Source: Eledone cirrhosa
Lineage: Eukaryota
Length of the DNA: 64,000 nt
Assembly (NCBI GenBank): GCA_964016885.1
Contig: OZ024742.1
Coordinates: 261,020,001-261,084,000 of the forward strand
Direction: 5' to 3'
Shown: piece after piece, positions 40,305 through 52,030 of the stretch
Layout: every line of letters begins with the position of its first letter
How positions within the stretch are numbered: the first letter of the stretch is position 1
The notes under the pieces: model-generated
Seen by the model: the letters and a program-made list of their open reading frames with translations, nothing else
What the model was told of the DNA's origin: nothing
Databases searched by the model: none
Program-made: the position numbers and the translations under genes

Positions 40305-43007
40305 TTAATTGTAAGTTGTGATGTTGCTGTTCCACTCATATTTTCTATTTAATTTTGGTTTTAATTCTTTTATGCTTACTGCCTCTGTAATTTGCCTAAA
40401 CATTGCGTCTTTTCTGTGTGTGGATTCTATTTTTATTTCTATGCTCTCTAATCTACCCCCGTGTTCTATCTTAGCATGTTGGTAGAGCACAGATGATTCT
40501 TTATTATCTTGGAGGTCTCGCCAGTGTTCATTTATTCGTTCCCCTATACTACGAGCTGTCTCACCTATGTACACTATATTTTTGTTTCTACATTGTCCTT
40601 CAGTACATCTTATGCTATACACTACATTTCTAGTTTTACAGTTAATATGGGGGCTTATTTTACAGGTTATACATTTCTTATCTATACATGAGGGTCTTTG
40701 GAACGGGTATGTCTTGCTAATAAGTGTTTTTACGGAGGTACCAGGTCTTTCTACTATCTTAATATTGAGATTATGTTTATTTAGGGCCCTTCTAAATTTG
40801 TAGGCTAGTTCGCCTCTAGGGGTTGTATTGATGAACATTACACTCTGGTATTTATTGCTATCATACCATGAGTTTATTCTATTGGCCTTGTTCCTAGTTC
40901 TTTCTATTCTATTCCAAAATTTGCTCCTATACAAGGGGCAGGTCCCATTTATGTCATTATTTACCATTTTTTCCCATTTGGTTCTGGCTCCTTTATACAC
41001 TCTGATTCTATCTCTCTGATTGTAGCCAGAGAACTGCATACGGTGGATGAAGTGTTGTATGTATCTCTCTAGTTCTTCGGGGTTGCACATGCGGGACATA
41101 TTTCTCATCACCCGTACCAAATCCGCAATCAGTATGTTGATTTTGGTATGGTCCGAAATGGCCGAGTTTCGGTGGATCAGATGTTTGGAAGTCATGGGTT
41201 TGGCATAATGGGAATGGAGGATTTTTTTTTGGTTGTTAATGGTATCTAACCAGAGCTCTGTGTCTAGTACAGGTAATCGATGGTTGGGGTGTCTACTTGG
41301 GTAGTCTATAGTAACTCTAATGCTCTGGTGGATGGAGTTTGCTATTTGCTGGATGCTTTCCATTGTGTTTTTCTCTAGTTCCTGACTGTTCTTTAGTGGG
41401 GGTGTCTTAACTACGATGTTTATATCATCTACGTAGCGGGAGTACATTATCAGGGTTAAGCTGTCTTCTAATTGTTCATTAAGTTTTTGTTTAAGTCTAC
41501 TGTCCCACCATACCATGAATAAGTTAGCTATGTCGCCTGCAATGCTAACACCAATGGCTGCTCCTTCCTCTTGGGCATATGTTTTACCATTAAATTTGAA
41601 CATATGTTCCTTAAGGGTTAATTTTATGCTGGTCCCTACCGCATGTGCAATCATTTTCTTCAGTTCATCGTGGTTTTCGGGTGTCCGTATGGCTCTGGTC
41701 CACCCGTTCCATCTATCTGTGTGGGTTTTCTTGGCCATTGAGGTAATGGTAGGTGGTCTGCCTCTTGCTGGTCTTGTAGGGCACAGGTTGCTAAGGTCAT
41801 AAGTGTCTAGGTAACTATTACTATGGGTAAGCTTAAGTAGAAGTCCCAGCTCACTGGTATCAATCCCACGGAACTCAACCTTGCTCTCGCTGATCATTTC
41901 TACGCATTTCTCCACAGCAAAATCCACGTCAATAGATGGATACAGAGACACAACATCCATACTGCCTATTATGCAGTTTGTTAGGTCCCCAGATCGGTTA
42001 CTCACGCCGATTCTGCTGAGGAGGTCCTCCGTGCTGTCACACACATCTGGGGACATCTCAATGATGGGGCGCATGATCAGGGAGAGGAAGTAGGACAGTC
42101 TGTAGTTACTAGCAATGTTAGCCCCACAGACTGGCCGTGTTGGTGGTCCCGCGACAGGGTCCCAGCCCGTTTTATGGTCTTTTCGGAGCCCATACAACGC
42201 CGGCACGTCATTGTTCCAGGCCTGGAAGTTGTTGGCAGTCCTTTTGTTGGGCTGCATTATATTCGTCCACATCACCATATGGGCATTGAGGGCTTTTTCT
42301 CTATCCCCATGCTCCTGTGGTGTTACCTCTCTTGTGTTAGTGATGTGGGGTTGCATTGCCTGGATGTAGTTTGGCAGGCTGTCAACCGACATTCTGCCAG
42401 ACTTGTCTGTTGGAAAACATGCTATCTCTCCACTACGCGAGCGCTGCATGAGCTTACGCAAGCCATTTGCAGATTCTTCTCCCAGTTGCTGGGCCTCTAT
42501 TCTATTATGCTTCTTGCTATACTGTTCTATAATATTTCTAAGTTCGGCTTTAGCTATACTAAATTGTGCTTCTGTTTGTTCATCGACCTGCGACGGCAAC
42601 TGCATGCGTTTGTTAAATGGCAAAGTCGTGGCGTGGACTCGTCGTAGGTCGAATGATTTATCGGAGGGGTTATAAAACGGAGAGTTCCAGGCTGCTGCTT
42701 TATGTGTACTAGTGCTATTATTATTGTTAGTTGTGTTGTTTCTATTTCCACCAACAGCCTCAGCTTCATGATTGTTTCTATGTCTCTCATAATTACTCCT
42801 GTCTCTTTCCACTGGCTCAATGTTGTTATCTACCCTATTTTGTGTGTCTGTGTGTTCGTCTTGGTTATTCTCTTTGTCCTTAGTCTCCCATCTCCTTTTC
42901 CTTTTAATCCTATTACTTTCTCTTATTTCTCTGATTTCTGTGCTACTGTCATTACTTGTTTTCTGTGTCTGTGTGTTTGTTAAGATTGTGGTGGTGGTGA
43001 GAGGCAT
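40305..43007 (-). CDS. PLE polyprotein: RT plus C-terminal GIY-YIG endonuclease
   Basis: TDKSG, LYGLRKDHK, DVVSLYPSI, QEEGAAIG, RYVDD, LPVLD, Cys linker, VVYSIRC...YIGET.R....R..EH. Confidence 0.95.
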   Translation of the reverse strand: MPLTTTTILTNTQTQKTSNDSSTEIREIRESNRIKRKRRWETKDKENNQDEHTDTQNRVDNNIEPVERDRSNYERHRNNHEAEAVGGNRNNTTNNNNSTSTHKAAAWNSPFYNPSDKSFDLRRVHATTLPFNKRMQLPSQVDEQTEAQFSIAKAELRNIIEQYSKKHNRIEAQQLGEESANGLRKLMQRSRSGEIACFPTDKSGRMSVDSLPNYIQAMQPHITNTREVTPQEHGDREKALNAHMVMWTNIMQPNKRTANNFQAWNNDVPALYGLRKDHKTGWDPVAGPPTRPVCGANIASNYRLSYFLSLIMRPIIEMSPDVCDSTEDLLSRIGVSNRSGDLTNCIIGSMDVVSLYPSIDVDFAVEKCVEMISESKVEFRGIDTSELGLLLKLTHSNSYLDTYDLSNLCPTRPARGRPPTITSMAKKTHTDRWNGWTRAIRTPENHDELKKMIAHAVGTSIKLTLKEHMFKFNGKTYAQEEGAAIGVSIAGDIANLFMVWWDSRLKQKLNEQLEDSLTLIMYSRYVDDINIVVKTPPLKNSQELEKNTMESIQQIANSIHQSIRVTIDYPSRHPNHRLPVLDTELWLDTINNQKKILHSHYAKPMTSKHLIHRNSAISDHTKINILIADLVRVMRNMSRMCNPEELERYIQHFIHRMQFSGYNQRDRIRVYKGARTKWEKMVNNDINGTCPLYRSKFWNRIERTRNKANRINSWYDSNKYQSVMFINTTPRGELAYKFRRALNKHNLNIKIVERPGTSVKTLISKTYPFQRPSCIDKKCITCKISPHINCKTRNVVYSIRCTEGQCRNKNIVYIGETARSIGERINEHWRDLQDNKESSVLYQHAKIEHGGRLESIEIKIESTHRKDAMFRQITEAVSIKELKPKLNRKYEWNSNITTYN

Positions 43008-43224
43008 TGAATGCGTGTGTGTTGTTGATGTGTGTTGTTGTTGATGTGTGTTGTTGTTGTCTCCGTGTGTGTGTGTGTTATCGTTGTTGTGTGTGTTGTT
43101 ATTGTTGTTTGTGTCTGCGTGTCTGTTGTTGTATCTGGGTATGTTGCTATTGTTGTTGTTGTTGTTGATGTGTGTGTTGTTGTTATTGTTGTCTCCGTGT
43201 GTGTTATCGTTGTTGTGTGTGTTA

Positions 43225-43712
43225 TTATTGTTGTTTGTGTCTGTTGTTGTTGTATCTGGGTATGTTGCTATTGTTGTTGTTGTTGTATCTGGGTATGTTG
43301 CTATTGTTGTTGTTATTGTTGTTTGTGTCTGTGTGTCTGTTGTTGTTGGGATGTGTGTTGTATATGTGTGTGCGTATATTGTTGCTTTTGTTTTTGATGC
43401 TCCAGCGTAGTTTTGTAAATGATTTTTCTATTTCTGACAGACAACTAATCATATTTACCTTCTTGAATGTCGCAAATTTGGGTGGCAGACGTAACACAGA
43501 CATTTCATTATTATCTATTTCCGTGTTTCCATAAATGTTGGTATTTTCGTTGTTGAACTCTTCAGATAATGAGGTGTCGGCCATGTTGATACCGTCAATT
43601 TTGTCGGGATATCTATTGGTATACTCTATAGTATCCCGATTTTGCTTTGCCTGTTTAAGCCACTTTAATTTTCTGTTAAAGTGCTTATCACATTCTTGAG
43701 TAATGTACTGTT
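43225..43712 (-). pseudogene. frameshifted N-terminal part of the PLE ORF
   Basis: EMSVLRLPPKFA...KLRW resembles a PLE N-terminal motif; out of frame with the 900-aa ORF across an Asn/Thr-rich repeat. Confidence 0.75.
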
Positions 43713-44319
43713 CTGAAGGACAATGTAGAAACAAAAATATAGTGTACATAGGTGAGACAGCTCGTAGTATAGGGGAACGAATAAATGAACACTGGCGAGA
43801 CCTCCAAGATAATAAAGAATCATCTGTGCTCTACCAACATGCTAAGATAGAACACAGGGGTAGATTAGAGAGCATAGAAATAAAAATAGAATCCACACAC
43901 AGAAAAGACGCAATGTTTAGGCAAATTACAGAGGCAGTAAGCATAAAAGAATTAAAACCAAAATTAAATAGAAAATATGAGTGGAACAGCAACATCACAA
44001 CTTACAATTAAGGACAAAATGAAAACACACACACACATAGAACAAACAACTTACAATTGAAAACACACACAAAATGAAAACACACACAGGACAAAATGAA
44101 AACACACACACACACATAGAACAAACAACCAACCAACAATAAATAAATAAATAAATAAACAAATAGAAAAATATAAATAGAAAAATAAAAAATGAACACA
44201 AACACACACAGACACCCGGATGTGGCGCATGCGCAAACTGAGCACACAACACACACACAGAAACAAAATGGCGTAGGATAGAAGAAAGGAAAGGCACAGA
44301 AACGAAGAAAGGAATCCCC

Positions 44320-44364
44320 AGTCACTGAAGAGGTCACAGAGTGTGTGACGAAAGGACTATGACT
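44320..44364 (+). ncRNA. minimal type I hammerhead in the inverted pLTR
   Basis: same motif as 39951-39995. Confidence 0.8.
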
Positions 44365-44524
44365 ATATATATAAACAACTATCTGGTTGTGGAACCAACC
44401 AACCAACCAGAAATTTATAAGTTTGTAGATTTGTAAATTTATGAATTTATAAATATATAATAAATTGAAGTGAAAGCAACTGGTGCGTGTGTTTCTTATT
44501 GGCAACATGACCCTCCCAAAGTAT

Positions 44525-44922
<398 letters not shown>

Positions 44923-45070
44923 ACTTAGGTTAATAGGAGTTAGGTATTGTATACCCGTGTCCCATTAAGGTATTGGCAGCATAATAATTAGCTCTATGCT
45001 TTGGAGCAGAGCCGTATATATGATAAAGAACACAAGAGCGTCTACAACATCAAAAGATTTTTATTGGCTT

Positions 45071-45112
45071 ACAATATTTCTTCCTTACGTAACCATAAGA
45101 TTCGTCAGAGCT
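45071..45112 (-). ncRNA. degenerate hammerhead-like motif
   Basis: CTGACGA a tcttatg..cgtaagg aa GAAA ta TT; stem I poor. Confidence 0.4.
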
Positions 45113-45616
45113 ATAAAAGGGGTTTGATTGGTGTTATGGACTCTACCAACCAAACATTCAAGAACAAAGAGTAAAGAGAGTAAAGAGCAAAAGCAGGGGA
45201 CGATAAGTCTAATTTTGGTGCGGGAGGGTGGGGTGTGGGTCCTTGTTTACTAGCTGTGGTCATATTCATTCCCGGGAGTCGAGTGGTTAGTTGAGCCATA
45301 GATGGGGTGGCGTCGATAGTAGGGTGCAGAGGGTGTGCAGAGGCTACACACACACAAAGGGCATACAATATATATATAACGGAGGAGAAAGTACATGAGG
45401 TAATTAGAAATGGAAAAAGAGTAATAATCTATAATTAATAATGTATAATAAGGCATGGGGAAGATTACACTATAATAAGATATAAAAGTAAGAATAAGGT
45501 AAAATATAAAGGAGGATAAAAGTGAAAATAAGAATAAAGATAAAAAAATATATATATATAAATAAAAAAAATATATAGAGAATATATAAAGAAATATAAG
45601 CAAGTATTAGAAAGTG

Positions 45617-47665
45617 TCACTACGAAAGGCTACTAAATGAGGAGAATAAATGGGAGAAAGACAGTCTCCCCCACATCGACCCAATAGAGGGACCAGCAGT
45701 GTTAGTCGAAGGTAGTATAATAAGTAAGGCAATCAAAGATATGAAGATGGGTAAGGCGGCTGGGGCTTCGGAAATAGTTGCTGAAATGCTGAAAGCTTCT
45801 GGAACGCTGGGACACACCATGATCACCCAGATAGTAAACCAAGTCATACAGAATGGGGTTGTTCCCAAGGACTGGCGTAGCAGCATCATCATTAACTGCT
45901 ACAAGGGTAAAGGAGATGCCCTAGATAGGAGTAACTATAGAGGCATTAAATTAATCGACCAGGTCATGAAGGTCACAGAAAAAGTAATAGCGCAACTAAT
46001 CAGAGAGAGAATTGATCTAGATGAAATGCAGTTCGGGTTTGTGTCAGGTAAAAGTACCACAGACGCTCTTTTCATTGTACGACAACTGCAGGAGAAGTAC
46101 CTAGCTAAAAATAAACCCCTATACTTAGCTTTTGTCGACTTGGAGAAAGCCTTCGACAGAGTCCCCCGCTCCATTATCTGGTGGGCTCTTAGAAAACTAG
46201 GTGTTGATGAATGGCTTGTGAGAGCTATACAAGCCATGTATAAAGAAACAGTCAGCAAGGTTAGAATTAACAATGAATATAGTGAAGAGTTTAGTGTAAA
46301 AGTTGGTGTTCATCAGGGCTCCGTTCTTAGCCCCCTACTATTTATTATTGCCCTTCAGGCTATAACAGTGGAGTTCAAGACTGGCTGCCTATGGGAACTC
46401 CTATACGCAGATGATCTAACGCTCATAGCTGAATCAATGGCCGAACTAGAGAAGAAATTCCAAACATGGAAGCATGGCCTAGAATCAAAAGGCCTTAAAG
46501 TTAACTTGTCTAAGACTAAAGTTCTAGTTTGAAGGAAGGAAAATAGGGCACCGGTCCCATCTGGGAAATGGCCATGCTCAGTGTGTAGGAAAGGAGTAAG
46601 TAGAAACTCCATTTTATGTCCCAAATGCAAAGTATGGGTACATAAAAGATGTAGTGGGATCACAGGTAAGCTAACTAAGAATATAGATTTTACATGTGGC
46701 CGGTGCTCTGGTGCAATAACTAGCAGCAAGTGCCCACAGAATACTAGCTCATTCCATTGCAGAGTCAGCTAGAGTCGGAACGGGATTGAAAAAGTTCAGA
46801 GAGCTTATACCACTATTGGCCGCTAAAGGGTTCTCTCTAAAAATGAAAGGCAGGCTGTATGATGCCTGCATACGAACAGCAATGTTACATGGCAGTGAGA
46901 CCTGGGCATTGTGTGCAGAGGATATACGCAGACTGGAGAGAAACGAAGCTTGCATGCTTCGCTGGATGTGTAATAGTAATATACGTGAACGACAAAGCAT
47001 AAACGAACTAAGGGAGAAATTAGGAATAAGAGGAATCAGATGTTGTTTACTCGAGAGAAGACTACGTTGGTATGGTCACGTGATGCGCATGAAAGATGAC
47101 AGCTGTATAAAAAAGTGCAGGGCAATAAAAATAGAGGGTAGCCACGGAGTAGGCAGACCCAGAAAAACCTGGGACGACTTGATAAATTCCGACCTCACAC
47201 ACTTACACCTCTCCAAGACAATGTCACTGGACCGAGATCTTTGGCGCTACACAGTAATAGAGAAGACCCGCCTTACCTAAGTGAAAAGTGAAACCTACTA
47301 CAGTCAGTAGGCACCTCTAACAAAATACACCCCCGTCCCACTACCCCCACCCCATCCACACCACCCCTTTCAATGTAAAGTTATGTTGGTACCACAACAT
47401 CCAGGCCGAAACAAATGAGGTCGAGTAGGTGTCACGACAAAAAAACACACAGTCCACGCTGTAATGTGGCCGTGTAGGCAACGCGGTAAAAACCTCCCAG
47501 CCCCACACTGTAAATGTGGTTGGTGTTAGGAAGGGCATCCAGCTGTAGAAAACCTGCCAGACAGTCCTATGCGAGCAAGACAACCACTCTTGCCTCAAGT
47601 GGGAAAACTCCCGTCCAAACCCATGCAAGCGTGGAATATGGACGTTAAACGATGATGATGATGAT
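45617..47665 (+). mobile_element. 5'-truncated RTE LINE, family B
   Basis: RT ORFs 45699-46532 and 46786-47280; one TGA and an internal deletion at ~46762; GAT tail. Confidence 0.95.
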
Positions 47666-47794
47666 TACTATCCACATCTCACCTAATAGCCACCTTTCCT
47701 ACATACCCACCCCATTAAAAAAAAACACATTTCCCACTTCTCCCATCCTGGGTCTTCCACTATTTACAGTGTGTCTATGTCACTGAACATTATT

Positions 47795-47839
47795 TTGTTT
47801 GATGATTCTGAGTACACAGATGAAACCCATATGTAACAA
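47795..47839 (+). ncRNA. degenerate hammerhead
   Basis: ttgt TTGATGA t tctg..caga t GAAA c..g TA acaa; uncompensated C3U. Confidence 0.5.
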
Positions 47840-48624
47840 GACTCATCACTTATATATATATATGTAATCAGGTGGCTGGACAATTTCTTGAAGTTAATGT
47901 TGCATATTCATTTGCATCACAAAATTCTAGGAGCTTTGTTCCATCTTCATTTCTCACGCCATAACTATAGCCACCATGTACTCCTGTGTAGCCATCTTGG
48001 TGCTGCCCAATATGTCCACTGAAGATGCCAGCCAGAATGAAGAGGTTTCAGTCATATAGGTCTATATCTACTTCTTTTCGATATATTGAGCAAAGCCTCT
48101 TCCCTGATAGGATCAGGGTCTTGTTCATTTTCCTACTTACTAACACTTTGGTCTTTGTTAAGTTTACTTTGAGCCCTTATGATTCAAAGTTCTGTTTCTA
48201 AAATAGGAATTCCTTCTCTAGCTCTTCTACAGATTGAGCAATAAGAACCAGGTTGTCACCATACAGAAGTTCCCATTGTTTTAATTCTAGTTATGGCTTG
48301 GAGAATTATGATAATCAGCAAGAAAACGATTTGCTATGTAATACAGAAGACTTGAGTTCCTGCAGGTACAGGCCAAAGCTGAAGCATATAGACAATATAA
48401 CGCCATGCCCCTCCCACTGTAAAGTGGTTGTGTAGGTGTCACAACAAAAAGTACCCTGTCCACACTGTTGAGTGGTCGTGTAGGCGCCACGGTAAAAAAA
48501 GCACCCATTTTTCCTCCTACCATAGTACCTAATATATTCTACTTTATCACTTTATCTACTTATAAACATCATCTGCAATAATCTCCATTATAGTCCTGGC
48601 AAAATTTATAACCCTAAGTAATAA

Positions 48625-48935
48625 TTGTTTCTACTTTTGGCCAGCAATTATTCCAGTGTATTACTGGTGCTTTATTTTATCAACCTCATAAAGACGAAAG
48701 GCAAAGTTAACCTTGGTGGTATTTGAACTCAGACCATAAAGGGCCGTAACTCTTTGCTGCACAAGGCCAGTAATTTGGGGAGAGGGGAAAGTCGATTAAA
48801 TCGATCCCAGTGCGTGACTAGTATTTTATTTTATCGACCCCGTAAGGATGAACGGCAAAGTTAACCTCGGCAGGATTTGAACTCAGATCATAAAGGGCCG
48901 TAACTCTATGCTGCAAAGCATGTTGCCCGACGCTC
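48625..48935 (-). mobile_element. two tandem tRNA-derived SINE copies
   Basis: two ttttatcRacc...ggcaaagttaacct...atttgaactcaga blocks. Confidence 0.75.
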
Positions 48936-50999
48936 GGAGTGAATAATAATTGTTGACATTGAATTAGTTAAAATGAATGTGTCTTACTATGGGTACCATT
49001 AAACTAATCTATCGCAATGAAAGTATTATTCTAAAAAGCTAAAGGGGAAGCTTCTTTAATTTTGGGTATAAGCCTATCTAAATTTTTTTACTAAGCCCAC
49101 CTATATCAGATTTAGTCTAATAGATGGATTGTTGTAAAAATCAGGTTTGTGATTCTCCAGTGTAAAGAGAGAAGCAATAGGATTCAGTGTTTCTGTCTAA
49201 TCCTGGATGTTTAGATTGGAAACAGTCTTAAGACCTGAATTATTGATATCATTCATCACACTCCAACCAATTTCCCCGTAATTTTTTATGATGGCATTAG
49301 ATAAAAATTTGTGGTTAGAACTCCTGTCATATAATGTAGATTACTACTTTTATCAGAATGGGCATGCACATCATTGGGATCCTTTATCTTTCTAATCCTT
49401 TTATATCAATCTTGTAGGAAGAGAGTACTTCTTCTGAATTTGATATTCTGGATGAGTTAAAATAATTCCTTCTTAAATAGTATTAAAGCTGGTTTGGATT
49501 CAGTGCCTCATTTTAATGAAAGCTTCTGTTTTTTGGATGTGAATTTTCAAATATATCTTTGTGTTTGGAATAGCAATATTTTTGTTATTCTGCATGGTGA
49601 TTTTATGTCTGAAGAGTGCACTGGTTAAGTACAAAGTTAAAAAAACAAAATCCAGAGAGGATGCAATAAAAGTTATATATATATATAACCATAGAGCAAA
49701 TATTTATAATTTATACAGATTATAGGCTTTAGTACAGAATCTTTGCTCTTTGCTTTCGTTCTTTCCAGAGAACTTCAGAAATTGTGATATTCTAAAATCT
49801 GTGAACACAGATATATACATTTTAAGATATTACAAGCAAATGTCATATTCAAAACTCAGAAAAACATAAAGGATGCATGACAGAATGTGCAATAGAACTT
49901 CAGAACATGCAATAGAACTTCAGAACGTGCAATAGAACTTCAATATATGTATGAGTATGTATACTGCCCACATACATACAGTCTTATATTTTGATTATTT
50001 TCTGTATTTCTGAATTACTCTTTAGGGCTAGGGAATTCCTCAGTTAGTGATCTACAGGTCATCCACCTCTATAAGACACACATTTGAATACTACTTACAT
50101 ATATAGCACAATACTGTTGCTGCTCACACTGACACTCTAGACCACATCTAGGAGGTCATTTGACTGATTGGCAATGATTCACTTACCAACATACTCCAAC
50201 CTCCAACCTCATGGACAAGCTATTTCTTCTCTCTGACTTTTCTATCAGTTACTAGAATGGTTTCTGTGTCTCTGGACCAGCTTGTTACATGTTATATATT
50301 CTTTCCACTCTGGCCCACTTGGCCCACTTTATTCTTTTTTACCAGCCACTCTAAATATATTTAACCTCTTACTCTACACTTCAACTGATTTTTCTTCTCA
50401 GAAGTGACTCTAACCCACTGGAATTCTCTCCTTGCCAATGCTTTTCCTGCTAACCTTAATGTTCAAATGTTTAAGCTGAATATCAACTATATAATTCTGA
50501 CCAATGTAGGAGGGCCTACAATGTACATTCAAACAGCACTGTTTTTCTTGCATTAATTCTTTATGTTCTGTACCACATGAAACTGCATTAGCAAAACATT
50601 CCTGCAGAGTACAAAACAATGCTCTGACTGCATCACATCTATCTAATTTATTAAAGCTGGTGTATCTGTAGTGTATAAAGTCTGTAATGCTGGAAAAGGG
50701 ATGATAAGCATGTTTATGTGACAGAGAGAGAGATGGTGGTGGTGGTAGCAGGAGCAACACCGAAATTTTTTTAATCTCATGTCATTGTGGGAAGGGGATG
50801 GTAAAAATGTGTGTGTGTTAGAGAGAGAGAGAGCAAAATAAGGAATTACTTTGATGAAAAATATTGTTTGTCCTCATAGTTTCAGTCAATTGTTAAATTT
50901 ATTCAATTTATTTTGTTGCAAACAGCATTTGGTCATAGTGTATATATGTAATTATATTATTTGTATATATATATATATATATACATCACATATATAGGT

Positions 51000-51450
51000 A
51001 CAAAAGGACGACTATATGACACCTGTGTGCAAAGTGCAATGCTGCATGTGTGAAACATGGGAAGTGACTGCAGAAGACATGCATAGACTGGAGAGAAATG
51101 AAGCAGGCATGCTTCATTGGTGGTGCAATGTAAATGTGCGAGAAAGGCAGAGCTTGGAAAAACTGAGGGAGAAGCTGGGTTTAAGAGGAATCTGAGGTGG
51201 TGTGCAGGAGAGAAGACTATGTTGGTACGGACATGTGATGCACACGAATGATGATCAGTGAAGTGAAAGAAAAGCTGCAGTAGAGGTAGACCAAAAAAAG
51301 ACTTGGGTAGAGGTGGTGAGAGCTGACCTCAAATCGCTGAGAATCACAGATGAGATGACGAAGAGACGCAGTGAGTGGAGAGATGCTGTGCTGAAAAGGA
51401 CCCATCCAACCCATACAAGAATGGAAAAACGGACGTAAAAATGATGATGA
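51000..51450 (+). mobile_element. old RTE 3' fragment
   Basis: RLERNEA, QERRLCWYGHV; GAT tail. Confidence 0.8.
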
Positions 51451-51708
51451 TATATATGTTAGAAATAAAACATTTAAAATGCTTTAACAACATAGTGGTG
51501 GTTTCTAATTAAACTGTGGAATTTCAATGGAGTCTTTACTTAAATACTGCAAATTTTCACAATCTATCCACTAATAAATGTACTATAAACATTTGAATTA
51601 ACAAGCCCATTTTTTAAAGACATTTTCAACTAAACCATTACAGCATGTTAACAAATTTATAAATAGAATAAATGGATATTTTGTTTTTTCTCCTCATTTT
51701 TTACGCAG

Positions 51709-52030
51709 AAGAAATGATGGAAAAAGAATCATCATCACTTACTGATATTGAGCTCACAGAAGCCTACCTTTATTGCACCCTTCCCTCTATTGTTACATCT
51801 GACCCTGAAATGAATAAAATTTATGCTAAGACTCTGCCAGTTAGAAAACGACACACAAGCTCTAACTCTGATGGCAAGGCCCGGAGTTACAGCACCTCTG
51901 TAAAACTGGGGGATGTTATGCTTGAAGCTCTCATAAACCCCACTGACTCTAAAGAACCAGCAACAAAGAGCTTCAAAAGGAGTACTATTCGTTTTCTACC
52001 AAAAAGTATGACATTTAAAAAGAAACTGTG
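51709..52030 (+). CDS. host gene coding exon (unknown protein)
   Basis: strong acceptor ttttttacgcag|, donor |gtaagt; open, non-repetitive EMMEKESS...FKKKLW; phase 1 to phase 2. Confidence 0.75.

Larger units (their letters stand above)
39788..44527 (-). mobile_element. Penelope-like element with inverted pseudo-LTR
   Basis: body 39788-43712 (-) plus an inverted copy of its 3' ~815 bp at 43713-44527; (TA)n flanks. Confidence 0.93.

Noticed and set aside
43032-43534. Cys/Val/Leu-rich + strand ORFs
   Set aside because: Antisense reading of the PLE low-complexity insert
46530-46532. In-frame TGA at a Cys position of the RTE ORF (possible selenocysteine)
   Set aside because: The sister copy at ~21145 has TGT; this copy also has a deletion and no SECIS was identified, so a simple nonsense mutation is more likely
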